This document shows, in pieces, positions 9,195 through 18,945 of a stretch of 64,000 nucleotides of DNA (its first letter is position 1; each line of letters begins with the position of its first letter). The stretch spans positions 5,059-69,058 of the forward strand of contig PCYA01000009.1 in the NCBI GenBank assembly GCA_002762795.1, read 5' to 3'. The notes below the pieces were generated by a model. That model was not told the DNA's origin and ran no database searches. It saw only the letters and a program-made list of their open reading frames with translations. The DNA is from Candidatus Woesearchaeota archaeon CG10_big_fil_rev_8_21_14_0_10_37_12 (GTDB lineage: Archaea; Nanobdellota; Nanobdellia; Woesearchaeales; ARS49). Made by a program: the position numbers and the translations under genes.

Positions 9195-10154
9195 ATGAAA
9201 TTGTTAGTTACAGGAGGAGCAGGATTCATTGGGACTAATTTTATAAAATATATGTTTGCTAACAACCCAGATATATTTATTATCAATGTTGACAAACTAA
9301 CATACGCAAGCGTTGCTAATCAAAACGAATTTAATGATCTTTCTCAGTACACCTTTGTAAAAGAAGACATATCAAAACAAAAAAAAATAGAATTTATTTT
9401 TCAACAACACCAACCAGACATTGTTGTTAACTTTGCAGCAGAAACACATGTAGACAGATCAATACAAAATCCAGAACCCTTTATTACAAGCAATATAATC
9501 GGAACATTTAACATACTTGAAGCAGCACGAAAAAACAACACATACGTTCACCAAGTATCTACAGATGAAGTGTACGGTTCAGTAGAAAAAGAGCAATTTA
9601 CAGAAGAATCACCATACAACCCAAGATCGCCATACTCTGCAACAAAAGCAAGCGCCGATCACCTTGTCAGAGCATACAATATTACATATGGATTGCCAAT
9701 AACAATATCTACTTGTTCTAACAATTATGGACCATATCAACATCCTGAAAAATTCATTCCAACAGCGATCATAAACGCACTTAACAATAAACCAATTCCT
9801 TTGTACGGTGATGGTCAAAATGTTCGAGACTGGCTTTATGTTGAAGATCACTGCAGTGCAATAAATTTAATCATCAGGAAAGGAAAAAAAGGAGAAACAT
9901 ACGGAATAAGTTCAGAATCAGAAAAAATAAACAAAGATGTATTGCGCATAATTCTCAAAGAACTTCAAAAAGAAGAGTCACTCATAAACCACGTTACAGA
10001 CAGGAAAGGACATGACAGAAGATATTCATTTAATTCAACAAAAATAAGAGAACAACTCGGCTGGTCACCAAAAACAACATTCGATCAAGGGATTCAAAAA
10101 ACCATTGAATGGTATAAAAAAAACAAACATCTTTGGGAGAAACTCACAACATGA
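9195..10154 (+). CDS. rfbB: dTDP-glucose 4,6-dehydratase
   Basis: TGGAGFIG Rossmann motif, YSATK catalytic motif, about 320 aa SDR-extended. Confidence 0.8.
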   Translation: MKLLVTGGAGFIGTNFIKYMFANNPDIFIINVDKLTYASVANQNEFNDLSQYTFVKEDISKQKKIEFIFQQHQPDIVVNFAAETHVDRSIQNPEPFITSNIIGTFNILEAARKNNTYVHQVSTDEVYGSVEKEQFTEESPYNPRSPYSATKASADHLVRAYNITYGLPITISTCSNNYGPYQHPEKFIPTAIINALNNKPIPLYGDGQNVRDWLYVEDHCSAINLIIRKGKKGETYGISSESEKINKDVLRIILKELQKEESLINHVTDRKGHDRRYSFNSTKIREQLGWSPKTTFDQGIQKTIEWYKKNKHLWEKLTT

Positions 10155-10999
10155 ACATAATTTTACTTGGAAGTACAGGATATCTCGGAAGCCAAATAAA
10201 AACATATCTTGAAAAAACGCATAATGTAATCTGCCCAAAATCAGATGTTACTGATAAACAACAAATACATCAAATACTTCAAAATTACGACAAAAAATAT
10301 ATTGTAATAAACGCAACAGGAAAAACAGGATACCCAAATGTTGATGGATGTGAACACGACAAAAAAAACACGGCAAGCGTTAACATAACAGGCGCAATAA
10401 ATGTGGCAGAAGTTACTAGTAAGTTAGGAATGTATCTTATTCAACTAGGAAGCGGGTGCATATTTCAAGGAACTAATAACGGAAAAGGCTACAGTGAAGA
10501 AGATTTACCAAATTTTTTCGGAAGCTTTTACAGCCAAACAAAAGCAGTGGCTGAACAAGTACTCAAGGAATATGAGCACTTATGCATTCTCCGTATACGC
10601 ATGCCCATTCAGGCTACGCCGAATCAGAGAAATGTTCTCACTAAAATACTCAACTACCAAAAAATCATTAGCCTCCCAAATAGCATTACTGTTGTGGAAG
10701 ATTTTCTTCCATTTATTGAAAAAATTTGTGAGCAAAAAATAAAAGGAATTATAAATGCAGTAAATCCAGGGATTTATCAACATAAAGACATTTTAGATCT
10801 GTACGCACAGCAAGATCCGACTAAAATATTCACATACATAAGTGAGGAAGAATTTGATAAACTTGTTGAAGCAAAACGCAGCAATTGCATTTTATCAACA
10901 AAGAAAACAGAGCAATTAGGAATTGCAATGCCACCTATTCAAGAAAGACTGCCTTGGCTTGTTCAAGAATATATTAAACAAAACACACAACAAAAATAG
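10133..10999 (+). CDS. rfbD: dTDP-4-dehydrorhamnose reductase-like NAD(P)-dependent sugar reductase
   Basis: GSTGYLGS and YSQTK motifs. It overlaps rfbB. Confidence 0.6.
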   Translation: MGETHNMNIILLGSTGYLGSQIKTYLEKTHNVICPKSDVTDKQQIHQILQNYDKKYIVINATGKTGYPNVDGCEHDKKNTASVNITGAINVAEVTSKLGMYLIQLGSGCIFQGTNNGKGYSEEDLPNFFGSFYSQTKAVAEQVLKEYEHLCILRIRMPIQATPNQRNVLTKILNYQKIISLPNSITVVEDFLPFIEKICEQKIKGIINAVNPGIYQHKDILDLYAQQDPTKIFTYISEEEFDKLVEAKRSNCILSTKKTEQLGIAMPPIQERLPWLVQEYIKQNTQQK

Positions 11000-11008
11000 A
11001 GCCTAAAA

Positions 11009-11710
11009 ATGAAAGGAATAATATTAGCAGGAGGAACAGGATCAAGACTACAGCCATTAACTAAAGTCACAAACAAACATTTACTTCCAGTATATGACAA
11101 ACCCATGATTTATTATCCACTTAATACACTTGTCAAAGCAGGAATTAAAGACATTCTTATCGTATCTGGAAGAGGGCATGCAGGACACTTTTTAGAACTC
11201 TTAGGTTCTGGAAAAAATTTTGGAGTTAATATTAATTACGCAATACAAGAAGAAGCAGGCGGAATAGCACAAGCACTATCACTTGCAGAAGACTTTGCAG
11301 ACAATGATTCTGTTGCTGTCATCCTTGGTGATAATGTTTTTCAGAACGATTTCATATTTAGTGATTTTAAGGATGGCGCTCGAGTTTACATAAAAGAAGT
11401 ACCAGACCCACAACGCTTCGGCGTTGTCACACTTGATAGAGACAAAATTACAAAAATAACAGAAAAACCAAAACAGCCTGAGACTAATTGGGCAGTAACT
11501 GGTCTTTATATTTACGATGCAACAGTTTTCGATATTATCAAAACACTAAAACCATCACAAAGAGGAGAATTAGAAATAACAGACGTGAATAACGCATACA
11601 TTCAACGCAATGCCCTCGAAGCACGAAAAATCAAAGGATTCTGGTCAGACGCAGGAACATTCGAAAGCTTATACAGAGCAAGTGAGTTTGTGAGAAATAG
11701 CAAACAGTAA
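11009..11710 (+). CDS. Sugar-1-phosphate nucleotidyltransferase (short RmlA-like)
   Basis: N-terminal ILAGGTGSRLQPLT motif. Confidence 0.7.
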   Translation: MKGIILAGGTGSRLQPLTKVTNKHLLPVYDKPMIYYPLNTLVKAGIKDILIVSGRGHAGHFLELLGSGKNFGVNINYAIQEEAGGIAQALSLAEDFADNDSVAVILGDNVFQNDFIFSDFKDGARVYIKEVPDPQRFGVVTLDRDKITKITEKPKQPETNWAVTGLYIYDATVFDIIKTLKPSQRGELEITDVNNAYIQRNALEARKIKGFWSDAGTFESLYRASEFVRNSKQ

Positions 11711-11752
11711 AAAGTAAGAAGCTAGTGGCTCGTAGCTTGTGGTCGGCAGTAT

Positions 11753-13360
11753 TTGGTAAATAGTGTAGTGTTGAGAGTCACAACTTTTATAAATTCTCAT
11801 TTGACTAGATTAACTATGCTATACGTGGTTGGATCAGGACCTTCAGGAATATCATGCGCTCACGCATTACTAAGCAAAGGCGAACAAGTAACATTACTAG
11901 ATGCAGGCATTGAACTTGAAGAAGACAGAAAGAACATCTTAAAAAAAGTAGGCAAACCAGTCAATCTATCCTTATTCAACAAAATTAAAGGAAACATCAA
12001 TCCTGTTGCTAAAGACGTTTTAAAACTCGTTTACGGATCTGATTACCCGTACAAAGAAGTAAAACAGCACGTACCAATAAAAACAGTTGATACAACTTGC
12101 AGACCATCATTTGCAAAAGGAGGACTGAGCACTGTTTGGGGATCTTCTATCATGCCCTGCATTGATGAAGACATTTCAGACTGGCCCATCTCAATAAAAG
12201 ATTTAAAACAATATTATAACAAAGTCTTTTCTTTCATGCCTCTTGCATGCAACAAAGATGAACTAGCAGACAAGTTTCCCCTTTATGCAGACAAAACATA
12301 CGATTTTCACCAAAGCAGACAAGCAGATCTTCTTATGCAAAGATTCAAAAAACACAAATCAAAATTAAATAAAAAAGGAATACTATTCGGCAGCTCAAGA
12401 CTTGCAGTAAACTTCTCAAAATGCGACTACGGAGGCCTTTGCATGTATGGCTGTCCATACAAACTAATCTACTCTTCAGAATTCACACTCGAAGAACTTA
12501 AAAAAAATAAAAACTTCACATACCTTCCTGGAATAGTAGTTGAGAAAATTATAGAAAACAATGACAATGTACAAATTATATGTCACGAACTCCAATCAAA
12601 ACACCCAAAAAAATTCACTTGCGAAAGAATCTTTCTCGCATGCGGTTCTATACTATCAACAAAAATTATTCTCTCATCACTCGACAAATATGACTATCCT
12701 GTTACACTCAAAGACTCCCAACACATTCATGTTCCATGCATAATGATAAACGGAGCTTCAGAGGTTACAAAAGAAAAACTACACAGTCTCACACAATTAT
12801 ACCTTGAAATCTTTGACAAAAAAATAAGCCCTTACTCAATTCACGCACAAATCTACACATACAACGATCTATACAAAACATTCTTTAAAAAGAAACTCGG
12901 AAAACTATACAACATTCTTCAAAAACCACTAGAATTACTCATGGGCAGAATAATATACATAAAATTCTACCTTCACTCTTACAGCTCTTCAGAAATGAAA
13001 CTTCAACTTAAAAAAGGAAACCCAGATACAGTGACTATTTCTTCAGCAATTAACAAATCTACAAAACAAACCATCAAAAAAATGACCTTTAAATTTCTCA
13101 AAAACTTCAGACTACTTGGCTTCATTCCAATGACACCTATGCTAAAAATAAGCAAACCAGGAGGAGCAAACCACTACGGATGCAGCTTTCCAATGAGCGC
13201 AAACCCAAAAAATAATGAGTCAGACATCCTAGGCAGACCATACGGACTTAAACGAACACACATAGTTGATTCAAGCGTACTACCAAGTATACCAGCACAA
13301 TCCATTACATTAACAGTAATGGCAAATGCTTACAGAATAGGCGATACGTACAAAAAGTGA
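11753..13360 (+). CDS. GMC-family FAD-dependent oxidoreductase
   Basis: N-terminal GSGPSG FAD fold. The C-terminus GGANHYGCSFPM...VDSSVLP matches the GMC C-terminal catalytic region. The real start is probably the Met at 11816. Confidence 0.55.
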   Translation: MVNSVVLRVTTFINSHLTRLTMLYVVGSGPSGISCAHALLSKGEQVTLLDAGIELEEDRKNILKKVGKPVNLSLFNKIKGNINPVAKDVLKLVYGSDYPYKEVKQHVPIKTVDTTCRPSFAKGGLSTVWGSSIMPCIDEDISDWPISIKDLKQYYNKVFSFMPLACNKDELADKFPLYADKTYDFHQSRQADLLMQRFKKHKSKLNKKGILFGSSRLAVNFSKCDYGGLCMYGCPYKLIYSSEFTLEELKKNKNFTYLPGIVVEKIIENNDNVQIICHELQSKHPKKFTCERIFLACGSILSTKIILSSLDKYDYPVTLKDSQHIHVPCIMINGASEVTKEKLHSLTQLYLEIFDKKISPYSIHAQIYTYNDLYKTFFKKKLGKLYNILQKPLELLMGRIIYIKFYLHSYSSSEMKLQLKKGNPDTVTISSAINKSTKQTIKKMTFKFLKNFRLLGFIPMTPMLKISKPGGANHYGCSFPMSANPKNNESDILGRPYGLKRTHIVDSSVLPSIPAQSITLTVMANAYRIGDTYKK

Positions 13361-13440
13361 TATTTATTATTGATTCATATCAAGAGTCTTTTACTATCAT
13401 AGAAAAGTTTTAAATACTATTTACCAATCCATTCTCACGA

Positions 13441-14202
13441 ATGGTTACTGATAGAAAACAAAGAGAGAAGAAACTCCACCAACGTTTAGCTCATGAATAT
13501 GATGAGCGAAGAGAAGGCACAAAGACAGGAAGATATTATTCTAAAGAATGGCTAAGATACATGATAAAAAAAGCCAAAGTTTCAGAAGGATCAACAGTGC
13601 TTGATATTGGCTGCGGAACAGGAATTCTTTATGAAGTTTTGCGCGAAGAAGGTCTTGACTGCAAATACATAGGAGCAGATTTATCTCCTGAAATGATTTC
13701 CGTTGGGAAAAAAAGATATCCTAGCATTGATTTACGAATAATGGATTCTGAAAAACTTGATTTTCCAGACAAGTCAGTTGACTTCATTTTCATGAAAGCA
13801 GTGCTACATCATCTTCCGAACCCTGTAAAAGCACTCAGCGAAATGAAGAGAGTTGCAAAAAAAACAGTTATTGTTTCAGAACCTTTGAATAATATTTTAA
13901 CTGAACTGCCAAGATACCTTCTTAAAAAACTCACAAACCATTTTGATGAAGATCACACTCATTTCTCAAGCAAAGAAATGAAAAATATGCTAGCAAAAAC
14001 GCATATTAAAAATGCAAAAGTATATTACTTCGGATATTTAGCATACCCTTGGGGATTTACTGACATTCTTCCAGGAACAAAATTCTTACCACTTTTTATT
14101 TTGAAAGGGTTGTTTAAACTAGATCTTTTATTAGAATACGTTCCACTTTTATCTAGACTTAGTTGGCAAATTATTGTAGTTTGCGATTTTAGAAAAGAAT
14201 AA
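13441..14202 (+). CDS. Class I SAM-dependent methyltransferase
   Basis: VLDIGCGTGIL motif I. Confidence 0.75.
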   Translation: MVTDRKQREKKLHQRLAHEYDERREGTKTGRYYSKEWLRYMIKKAKVSEGSTVLDIGCGTGILYEVLREEGLDCKYIGADLSPEMISVGKKRYPSIDLRIMDSEKLDFPDKSVDFIFMKAVLHHLPNPVKALSEMKRVAKKTVIVSEPLNNILTELPRYLLKKLTNHFDEDHTHFSSKEMKNMLAKTHIKNAKVYYFGYLAYPWGFTDILPGTKFLPLFILKGLFKLDLLLEYVPLLSRLSWQIIVVCDFRKE

Positions 14203-14208
14203 AATAAC

Positions 14209-15084
14209 TTACTTTTTTGCAATAGAGTCTGCAATAACTCCTAAAAAAATAACAAGTGTGCCCAGTATTAATAACAACACTGGCAAATCACCAAGACCCG
14301 CAACTGATGTTACGGTTTGATAATACCCATAAATAATTCCTGCTAAAATAAGTAAACTTCCAGGCCACGCAAAAAATTTAAGCGGTCTGAAATACAAAAT
14401 TATACGGAAAATAATTCCAATGAAATTAAAAAATGTTTTAATCGCTTTTGGACTTGGAACATCACCCATAATTGAGCTTCCTTTGCGTTTAAAGTAATTA
14501 ATAGGAATATACTTCACGGTATAATCATTCGTAAAAAAAGCAAGCGTAATTGTTGTTGTAAACGAAAAACCAGGCGGATACAGCTTCATAAACTCCAGTG
14601 CTTTTTTCTTGTTGAAAATACGCAACCCGGAATTGATATCTTCAATTTTACGCTTAACCATCATATTCGCAAGCTTTCCCACCACCCACTTTGCGGGACG
14701 CCTGAAAAAAGGAATGTGAACTGTTTTCCCAACCCTAGCACCAACAACCATATCATACTCTGGAACAAGCTTTACTAGCCGCGGAATGTCCTCAATAGGA
14801 TACGTTCCATCAGCATCAGTAATAACAATCCAATCACCCATAGCTTCTCTGAGCCCTACTTTCAAAGACGCACCATACCCACAATTATACGGTCTGTTAA
14901 TAACTTTAATTCCACCTATTTTATTTAGAATCTGTGCAGTTTTGTCCTTAGAACCATCGTTAACAATCAATACTTCTACTTTGTGCTGTTTAAGTTTAGC
15001 GGCGACTTTTTTGGCTCTTTCTACAGTATTTTTAACCGCTTTTTCCTCGTTATAAACAGGTATAACTATGCTAATAGATGCCAT
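14209..15084 (-). CDS. GT2 glycosyltransferase (dolichol-phosphate sugar synthase-like) with a C-terminal TM anchor
   Basis: IVIPVYNEE...VNDGSKD...TDADGTYP and a C-terminal hydrophobic helix. Confidence 0.8.
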   Translation of the reverse strand: MASISIVIPVYNEEKAVKNTVERAKKVAAKLKQHKVEVLIVNDGSKDKTAQILNKIGGIKVINRPYNCGYGASLKVGLREAMGDWIVITDADGTYPIEDIPRLVKLVPEYDMVVGARVGKTVHIPFFRRPAKWVVGKLANMMVKRKIEDINSGLRIFNKKKALEFMKLYPPGFSFTTTITLAFFTNDYTVKYIPINYFKRKGSSIMGDVPSPKAIKTFFNFIGIIFRIILYFRPLKFFAWPGSLLILAGIIYGYYQTVTSVAGLGDLPVLLLILGTLVIFLGVIADSIAKK

Positions 15085-15129
15085 TTTAAATTTTTACTCT
15101 GACCTTTTTATAAGCTTTTCTATACTACG

Positions 15130-15516
15130 CGCCCGTTTTACTGTTCTTTTTTCAATGTCGGAATGCCACTCGTGTGCGTTACGAGTGGTTTACTGGAGCG
15201 AGTGGCACAACAAAATCACACTTGATTTTGTGTGCAACGAAAAATACATTTTTCGTGCACAGAAAACCTCGAGGTTTTCTTGTGCAAGAAAATTCTTTGA
15301 ATTTTCTTTGCATTCCGAGCATGATCAAGCCAAGAAAATCCAGAGGATTTTCTTGGGAACCACTGGACTATCTTTTCTTATGACTTTCTGAACGGTCATG
15401 CCACTGGTGTTTAGCGACGAAGGAGCTGTCAGAAATCGACAATAGTAATTATATTTTGTGTCGGTTTCTGAGCACCCAGAAAACACGCACAAAGCAATAT
15501 TATTTTTGCGTGTTTT
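15130..15516. repeat. Hairpin-rich interspersed repeat cluster B, filling a 430-bp intergenic gap
   Basis: GCCACTCG...CGAGTGGC and CCACTGGTG...CACCAGTGG inverted pairs. The 15237-15312 block is about 75% identical to 3270-3340. Confidence 0.65.
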
Positions 15517-15951
15517 CTATGGATCACCAGTGGTTCTTGACATATTGTGAAAAACAAAGAAATCATAAAGAAGAAATTTAGTTAATGCAAGAAATGCCAT
15601 AACAAGAGTGATGGAAAGAGCATAGTGAATATTCAACCAATCAACAAGTAGTTTTACCAAGTAAATATTTATTAAATAAAATGTAAATGTTAAAACACAA
15701 AAGCGTATAAATCTTGAACGGTGATAATCAGTCACGCGAAAAATAAATTTTGTTGCAACACCAAAATTAAATAAGGTTGTACATGTAGCCGCAATCACAT
15801 AAAATACATAATAATTTATCTTAAACCACTCAGTGAACGCATATGTGAAAAGAAGACTGAATAAATAACTTCCAACGCCACCAAAGGCATATCTTATGAA
15901 TAATTTCGATAAGTATTTATCTCTTACTAAACAAAGAGTTTTTTTTACCAT
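15517..15951 (-). CDS. GtrA-family small membrane protein
   Basis: 144 aa with 4 TM helices. It is adjacent to and overlaps the GT2 gene. Confidence 0.6.
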   Translation of the reverse strand: MVKKTLCLVRDKYLSKLFIRYAFGGVGSYLFSLLFTYAFTEWFKINYYVFYVIAATCTTLFNFGVATKFIFRVTDYHRSRFIRFCVLTFTFYLINIYLVKLLVDWLNIHYALSITLVMAFLALTKFLLYDFFVFHNMSRTTGDP

Positions 15952-16652
15952 TTAACAAACCTAAACCAGATCAAATACCACAAACTTATCCAACCATCTT
16001 TTGCACCAATTTTCTTTCCTTCCTCAAATGTTCTATGCTTAAAATGAATTGGAACCTCAACAAATACTTTTCCTTTTTTTCGCAGTTTAATCATCATTTC
16101 CAAATCAAACACAAAACCATCAGCGTTAACTTTTATTGATTTAAGGTCTTTTAGTCGCATCAATTTATAGCAAGGGCAAGTATCACTTAAATTGTCTTTA
16201 TAGAGAATGTTCCACACCCATTTAAGAAGCATATTCCCCAAATAACTTAACAAGATAACATTTTTCTTTTTTCCAAAACAATACTGCGGCCTGCCTTTAA
16301 ATCGTGATCCAATCACTATATCAACAAGATCTGTTTCCATAAGTGGAAGCATATATTTGAAATCAGCAGGATCGTATTCAAGATCAGCATCATGAAAAAC
16401 TATGTAATCTCCTGCTGCCTTTTCGATTCCGGTCTTAACCGCGCCGCCTTTACCTTTATTCTTCTTATGAAAAATAATCTTAAACTCTTTTTCTTTCTTC
16501 AGAATTTCTCTGCTTTTGTCTTTTGAACCATCATCAACAACAATAACTTCCTTTTTATACGGACCAATATCAACCTTACGTACATAATCCAAAACCTTTT
16601 GCAAAGTTTTCTCTTCATTATACACTGGAATGATAATTGAAAGCGTTTTCAT
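15945..16652 (-). CDS. GT2 glycosyltransferase (polyprenol-phosphate sugar synthase-like)
   Basis: IIIPVYNEE...VDDGSKD...HDADLEYD. Confidence 0.8.
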   Translation of the reverse strand: MKTLSIIIPVYNEEKTLQKVLDYVRKVDIGPYKKEVIVVDDGSKDKSREILKKEKEFKIIFHKKNKGKGGAVKTGIEKAAGDYIVFHDADLEYDPADFKYMLPLMETDLVDIVIGSRFKGRPQYCFGKKKNVILLSYLGNMLLKWVWNILYKDNLSDTCPCYKLMRLKDLKSIKVNADGFVFDLEMMIKLRKKGKVFVEVPIHFKHRTFEEGKKIGAKDGWISLWYLIWFRFVKW

Positions 16653-16689
16653 TTTTTATTAGCACCAACAATCTATTATTTAAACTTTG

Positions 16690-18225
16690 TTAACCTAACT
16701 CAAACAACTGTACAGAAATTTCACTATTATAAAAAATATTTCCAATCATGTAAGACTTCTCATAAACCAAATTACTTCCGTGTTCATTACGAATATTATC
16801 AAGAACAGCTTTTGTTTCAGAGATTCCGGACTTGTACGAATAATTAGGAGTGTCTAGATATAAAACATAAACTTTTTTGCCATTTTTCAAATATTCTATT
16901 GTTTTATTTTCTGCAACAAGCTCGCCATTTTCAAAACCAACAGGTCTTAAAATGCCAACATAACCACGCACACCAAACAATTCACTAAAATAATTACCCT
17001 CCTGCACGCCAATTATTAGAGAATCATTAACAGTATTCGCATAAATATCAGTTATTATTTTTTCTGAACGTGAAGAACCCTGACTCTTCAAATCAAACAA
17101 AGGAACAAAAGCCACTAAAGACAAAACACAACACAAAAGCATAATTTTTCCAAAATGTTTTTTCATTTTTTTAAATCTTGAAAAAACAGACTGCTCAAAA
17201 AAATGAGCATAACCAATAAACAACAAAGGAATTATTGGAAAAATAAACCTATACATACTAATAAGATTAAGAGGATCAAGCTTTACAATAGCATTTACAG
17301 AAGAGAAAAAAAGTAAAGACAAAAGCGCATAAGCTATTGCTTCTTTTCTCAGTGAATATTTGCTTAGAAAAGCCAAAATTAACATCCCAGGATAAAAAAC
17401 ATTCAAAAATAAAAAGTATCTAAATAAATTTCCAAAATATAACCCTGATGCATTCTCATGACCAAACAAAAACTGAAAATTATTATGAATAAAAAAATAA
17501 CCTGAACCTAAAAAATCACCATAAACGTGCCAATTATGCAAAAGAAGAATGATCAAAAAAGGCACAGTTCCTAGAACTAACTTCAAAAGGGAACACACTT
17601 TTTCCTTTTTCTTAACAATATTAATCAAGATGAAAACGCCAATAACAATTGCTGCCAAAAAATTAGTGCTTTTAACTAATGTTGCAAGACCTAAAAAAAT
17701 GCCACAAAATCCGTGCTTTTTTTTCACATAAAAATAAAAAGCTCCAAGAACAAGAGCCATACTCGGCAAATCCATCATTAACGTAGTTGCATGATACAAA
17801 AAAGGAAGGTACCCAAAATATAAAAAAGACCACCAAGGAGATAACTTATTCTCCTGAAGCAATTTGTAAAAGAAAAAAAAGCCCAACAAGAAGAAAAACA
17901 ACCCGAATAAAAATATCGTGTTTAATCCCCCTACAAGAAATGGAACAATAAATATACTTGCAGTCAGCGGATATCTGGAAAAAAATCTGTCATCAGAACC
18001 AACAAAACCATACGCAAATTCTTCATCAGAATATCCTGTAATGCCTTGTGTTAACAAATACGCATTTCTTAAATACTCACTCTCGTCACTCATCAAAGGA
18101 ATAGTTGGATGAAACCAAAAAAATAAGAAAACAAGAAGTAAGAGGCTTGAGGTAAGAAGTAACAAAAAACTTTTTTTCATTTTATTAGCGATAAGACGGC
18201 GCATCGCATGCGGAAGAGTGGGCAA
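16690..18225 (-). CDS. Polytopic membrane glycosyltransferase (ArnT/PMT GT39/GT83-like)
   Basis: At least 10 TM helices. Genomic context is GtrA-GT2-large membrane GT. Confidence 0.45.
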   Translation of the reverse strand: MPTLPHAMRRLIANKMKKSFLLLLTSSLLLLVFLFFWFHPTIPLMSDESEYLRNAYLLTQGITGYSDEEFAYGFVGSDDRFFSRYPLTASIFIVPFLVGGLNTIFLFGLFFFLLGFFFFYKLLQENKLSPWWSFLYFGYLPFLYHATTLMMDLPSMALVLGAFYFYVKKKHGFCGIFLGLATLVKSTNFLAAIVIGVFILINIVKKKEKVCSLLKLVLGTVPFLIILLLHNWHVYGDFLGSGYFFIHNNFQFLFGHENASGLYFGNLFRYFLFLNVFYPGMLILAFLSKYSLRKEAIAYALLSLLFFSSVNAIVKLDPLNLISMYRFIFPIIPLLFIGYAHFFEQSVFSRFKKMKKHFGKIMLLCCVLSLVAFVPLFDLKSQGSSRSEKIITDIYANTVNDSLIIGVQEGNYFSELFGVRGYVGILRPVGFENGELVAENKTIEYLKNGKKVYVLYLDTPNYSYKSGISETKAVLDNIRNEHGSNLVYEKSYMIGNIFYNSEISVQLFELG

Positions 18226-18295
18226 GACGTGATAGCTAAAACTGGCAGGCGTTTTGTCTTTATCTCAATCATAGCTTAATTCTCCAAAGGATGGT

Positions 18296-18940
18296 TTATA
18301 AATTTTGCTATTACACGGGCTTTGTAGAAAGTCTTAACTAAATATGACCCTCTTGCTCACGCAAGAGGGGGTTGGAGTGTACCCCACCATGAGTAAGAAA
18401 GAACGTTTGGATAGAAAAATTAAGCGGTTATTTATGCGCGCGGGACACCCGCGCTGGTTCCATCATATGGGACCTAAGAAGTTTGAAACATGGATTCTTT
18501 ACTTGGGTATTATTGTTAAGCAAGTATACCGTTTATCGTATCGTAGAGCTTCACGATTTCTCGACGATTATTTCTGCATTAAAATACATTTTACAACTTT
18601 GCAGAAGGCAGCAAGGAGGCTGCCAAAAATTGTGTGGCAGGCTCTTCTGGCAGCAACAATAACTACTGATTTTGTGAAGCTTGCTGCTGCGGATGGAACT
18701 GGCTTTTCAAGAACGAACCCGAGCAATTATTATTTGAAAAGAATCGATCGGGACAGTCCCATTGGACGTCCCGTACAAGCAATAACGCTTGTAGATGTGC
18801 AAAAAAGAAAATTTTTGTCAGCAAATTTCTACGCCAAACCATACCATGAAGCACAACGCATTCCTGGTCTGCACAAGAAAAGCCCAGTCAAACCAGAAAT
18901 TTTGCTCATGGAATACACATTCAAAAGCTTTTTATACTGA
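18296..18940 (+). mobile_element. Truncated IS element. The terminal inverted repeat is GCTTTGTAGAAAGTCTTAAC plus the N-terminal about 190 aa of a DDE-type transposase. The ORF ends prematurely (pseudogene)
   Basis: The transposase-like sequence has AADGTGF. The terminal sequence is shared with the MITE at 25326-25495. It sits at the edge of a GC-rich island. Confidence 0.5.
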
Positions 18941-18945
18941 ATGGT

